Below are positions 62,740 through 64,000 of a stretch of DNA of 64,000 nt, one piece after another. The notes under the pieces were generated by a model. That model saw nothing but the letters and a program-made list of their open reading frames with translations. It had not been told where the DNA came from and ran no database searches. The number at the start of each line of letters is the position of its first letter. Positions within the stretch are counted from its first letter, which is position 1. A program made the position numbers and the translations under genes. The DNA is from a virus. Lineage: Duplodnaviria; Caudoviricetes. The stretch lies in IMG/VR virus record IMGVR_UViG_3300023174_000037; one strand, written 5' to 3'.

Positions 62740-63956
62740 AAATTCCACACGATAAATTTTGCGTATTACCTTGGATCAGTTTAGAAGCCAGCCCAATCGG
62801 CACTGTGCGCCCGTGCTGTTTGGCCGATGATGAACTGGTGGACAATGCTGGCAACAAGTTTAACCTAGCCACAGCTGACTTTAACGGAATACAAAATAGT
62901 GATAGCATGAAACAACTGCGCCAAGAATTCGTTGATGGCAAACAACCTCAAACTTGTCGTAAATGTTGGAAGGAAGAACGTGCCGGTCGCACTAGCAAAC
63001 GTATGCATACACTGGATCGTTTGAAGCACATGTTGCCAGATCAAGAATGGACCGTTGATGCAAAACCTCTAATGTTCTTGGACTTAAAATTAGGCAACAT
63101 TTGTAATCTCAAATGTCGTATATGCGGATCCTGGAGTTCCAGCACTTTTGCCACAGAAGAACTACAACACCTAATGCGTAACGAAGATCGAAAAGATAAT
63201 CATCATTATCATATGTTACGCCAAGGGGCATGGCCTAGAGAAAATCAACAGTTTTGGAATGAAATAGCAGGTATATCGGATCAGATACAGTATATAGAAT
63301 TTACTGGTGGTGAACCGTTCATGATCCAAGAACACTTTAACCTGTTACAGGGTCTAATCGATCGCGGACTGGCCAGCAATATAGAAATACATTATAATAC
63401 CAATGGTACTCAGTGGCCCGAACCGGCCGAAGAAATCTGGCGACATTTTAAAATTGTAGAAATAGCATTCAGCATTGACGATGTAGGTGAACGGTTTGAG
63501 TATCAACGATCAAATGCTGTATGGACTGAAGTAATTAATAACATTGCAAAATTCCGTGCGTTACGCAGTCGACACAGTAACATACGTTTACAAATCTGTT
63601 GCACTATTAACGTGTTTAATGTTTACTATTTAGAAACTGTGGCCCAATGGATTTTAGAACAAAAGATGGACTTTATCTATTGGAATATGATGCACGATGC
63701 ATATTTCTTTAGCATTAGTTCTTTGCCAGATCGAGCCAAACAAGCCATTGCTGATCGACTATTAGCGGCTCAGGTTCCGGGTCCGGTCAAAGAAGAATTT
63801 GCTCGTGTCGTGGATTTTATGAATCGTGGCGTAAGTCTTGACGGACAACAAATACGCAGAGAAGTGGGCAATTTGGATCGTAGACGTGGACAAGATTTAA
63901 GAATTGTGCAACCAGAATTTGCTGAATTAATAGATTATGCCGGCCCAGATGCATAA
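62736..63956 (+). CDS. radical SAM protein with N-terminal SPASM/twitch-like Cys cluster
   Basis: CVLPW...PCC...CRKCW, then NICNLKCRIC, FTGGEPF and YNTNG. Confidence 0.88.
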   Translation: MKIPHDKFCVLPWISLEASPIGTVRPCCLADDELVDNAGNKFNLATADFNGIQNSDSMKQLRQEFVDGKQPQTCRKCWKEERAGRTSKRMHTLDRLKHMLPDQEWTVDAKPLMFLDLKLGNICNLKCRICGSWSSSTFATEELQHLMRNEDRKDNHHYHMLRQGAWPRENQQFWNEIAGISDQIQYIEFTGGEPFMIQEHFNLLQGLIDRGLASNIEIHYNTNGTQWPEPAEEIWRHFKIVEIAFSIDDVGERFEYQRSNAVWTEVINNIAKFRALRSRHSNIRLQICCTINVFNVYYLETVAQWILEQKMDFIYWNMMHDAYFFSISSLPDRAKQAIADRLLAAQVPGPVKEEFARVVDFMNRGVSLDGQQIRREVGNLDRRRGQDLRIVQPEFAELIDYAGPDA

Positions 63957-64000
63957 ACCTGACACCTTGTGTATGGCACCGTGGACACACACATACCTCA
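63949..64000 (+). CDS. start of another probable radical SAM paralog (truncated by window edge)
   Basis: MHKPDTLCMAPWTHTYL matches the CxxPW N-terminus of the two preceding paralogs. Confidence 0.55.
   Translation, partial: MHKPDTLCMAPWTHTYL

Noticed and set aside
1139-62941. Many short antisense or nested ORFs in the track (e.g. 3873-4187, 9483-9956, 21555-22010, 42044-42484)
   Set aside because: Shadows of real genes on the opposite strand or frame, low-complexity mirror translations with no motifs or start signals.
1-64000. Stop-codon reassignment (seen in some large phages)
   Set aside because: Core genes are full length in code 11, including a 4932 aa ORF, and TAA, TAG and TGA all end genes at sensible positions.
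1-64000. CRISPR array, tRNA genes, diversity-generating retroelement, inteins
   Set aside because: No regularly spaced repeat-spacer units, cloverleafs, reverse transcriptase or TR/VR pair seen; gp46, gp47 and portal show no intein-sized insertions.

Overview
The window is a 64 kb piece of a large T4-like (contractile-tailed, jumbo-type) phage genome in the standard genetic code. No tRNAs, CRISPR arrays or reverse transcriptase were seen. The left arm (minus strand) is the head module (portal gp20, gp67/68-like proteins, protease gp21, scaffold gp22, major capsid gp23) plus two tandem tape-measure/hub-like paralogs, one ending in a GH24 lysozyme domain and the other in an M15 peptidase domain. 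Next come a gp26-like gene with a likely -1 frameshift extension, a four-gene operon with an amidinotransferase and an aminoacyl-transferase-like gene, a ~350 nt structured non-coding stretch downstream of a stand-alone GIY-YIG gene, two SGNH-like genes, gp46/gp47 and a gp55-like late sigma factor. The plus strand from 21 to 51.6 kb is the baseplate/fibre module (gp53, gp27-like, gp5, gp25, gp6, a 4932 aa giant protein, fibres). The right arm is a modification island of glycosyltransferase-like, sulfotransferase-like and at least five radical SAM genes. The best leads are the putative ncRNA with its GIY-YIG neighbour, the TTTTTTC frameshift, the domain-swapped tandem paralogs, the amidinotransferase operon and the radical SAM array. 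All product calls come from motif recognition by eye; no database searches were run.
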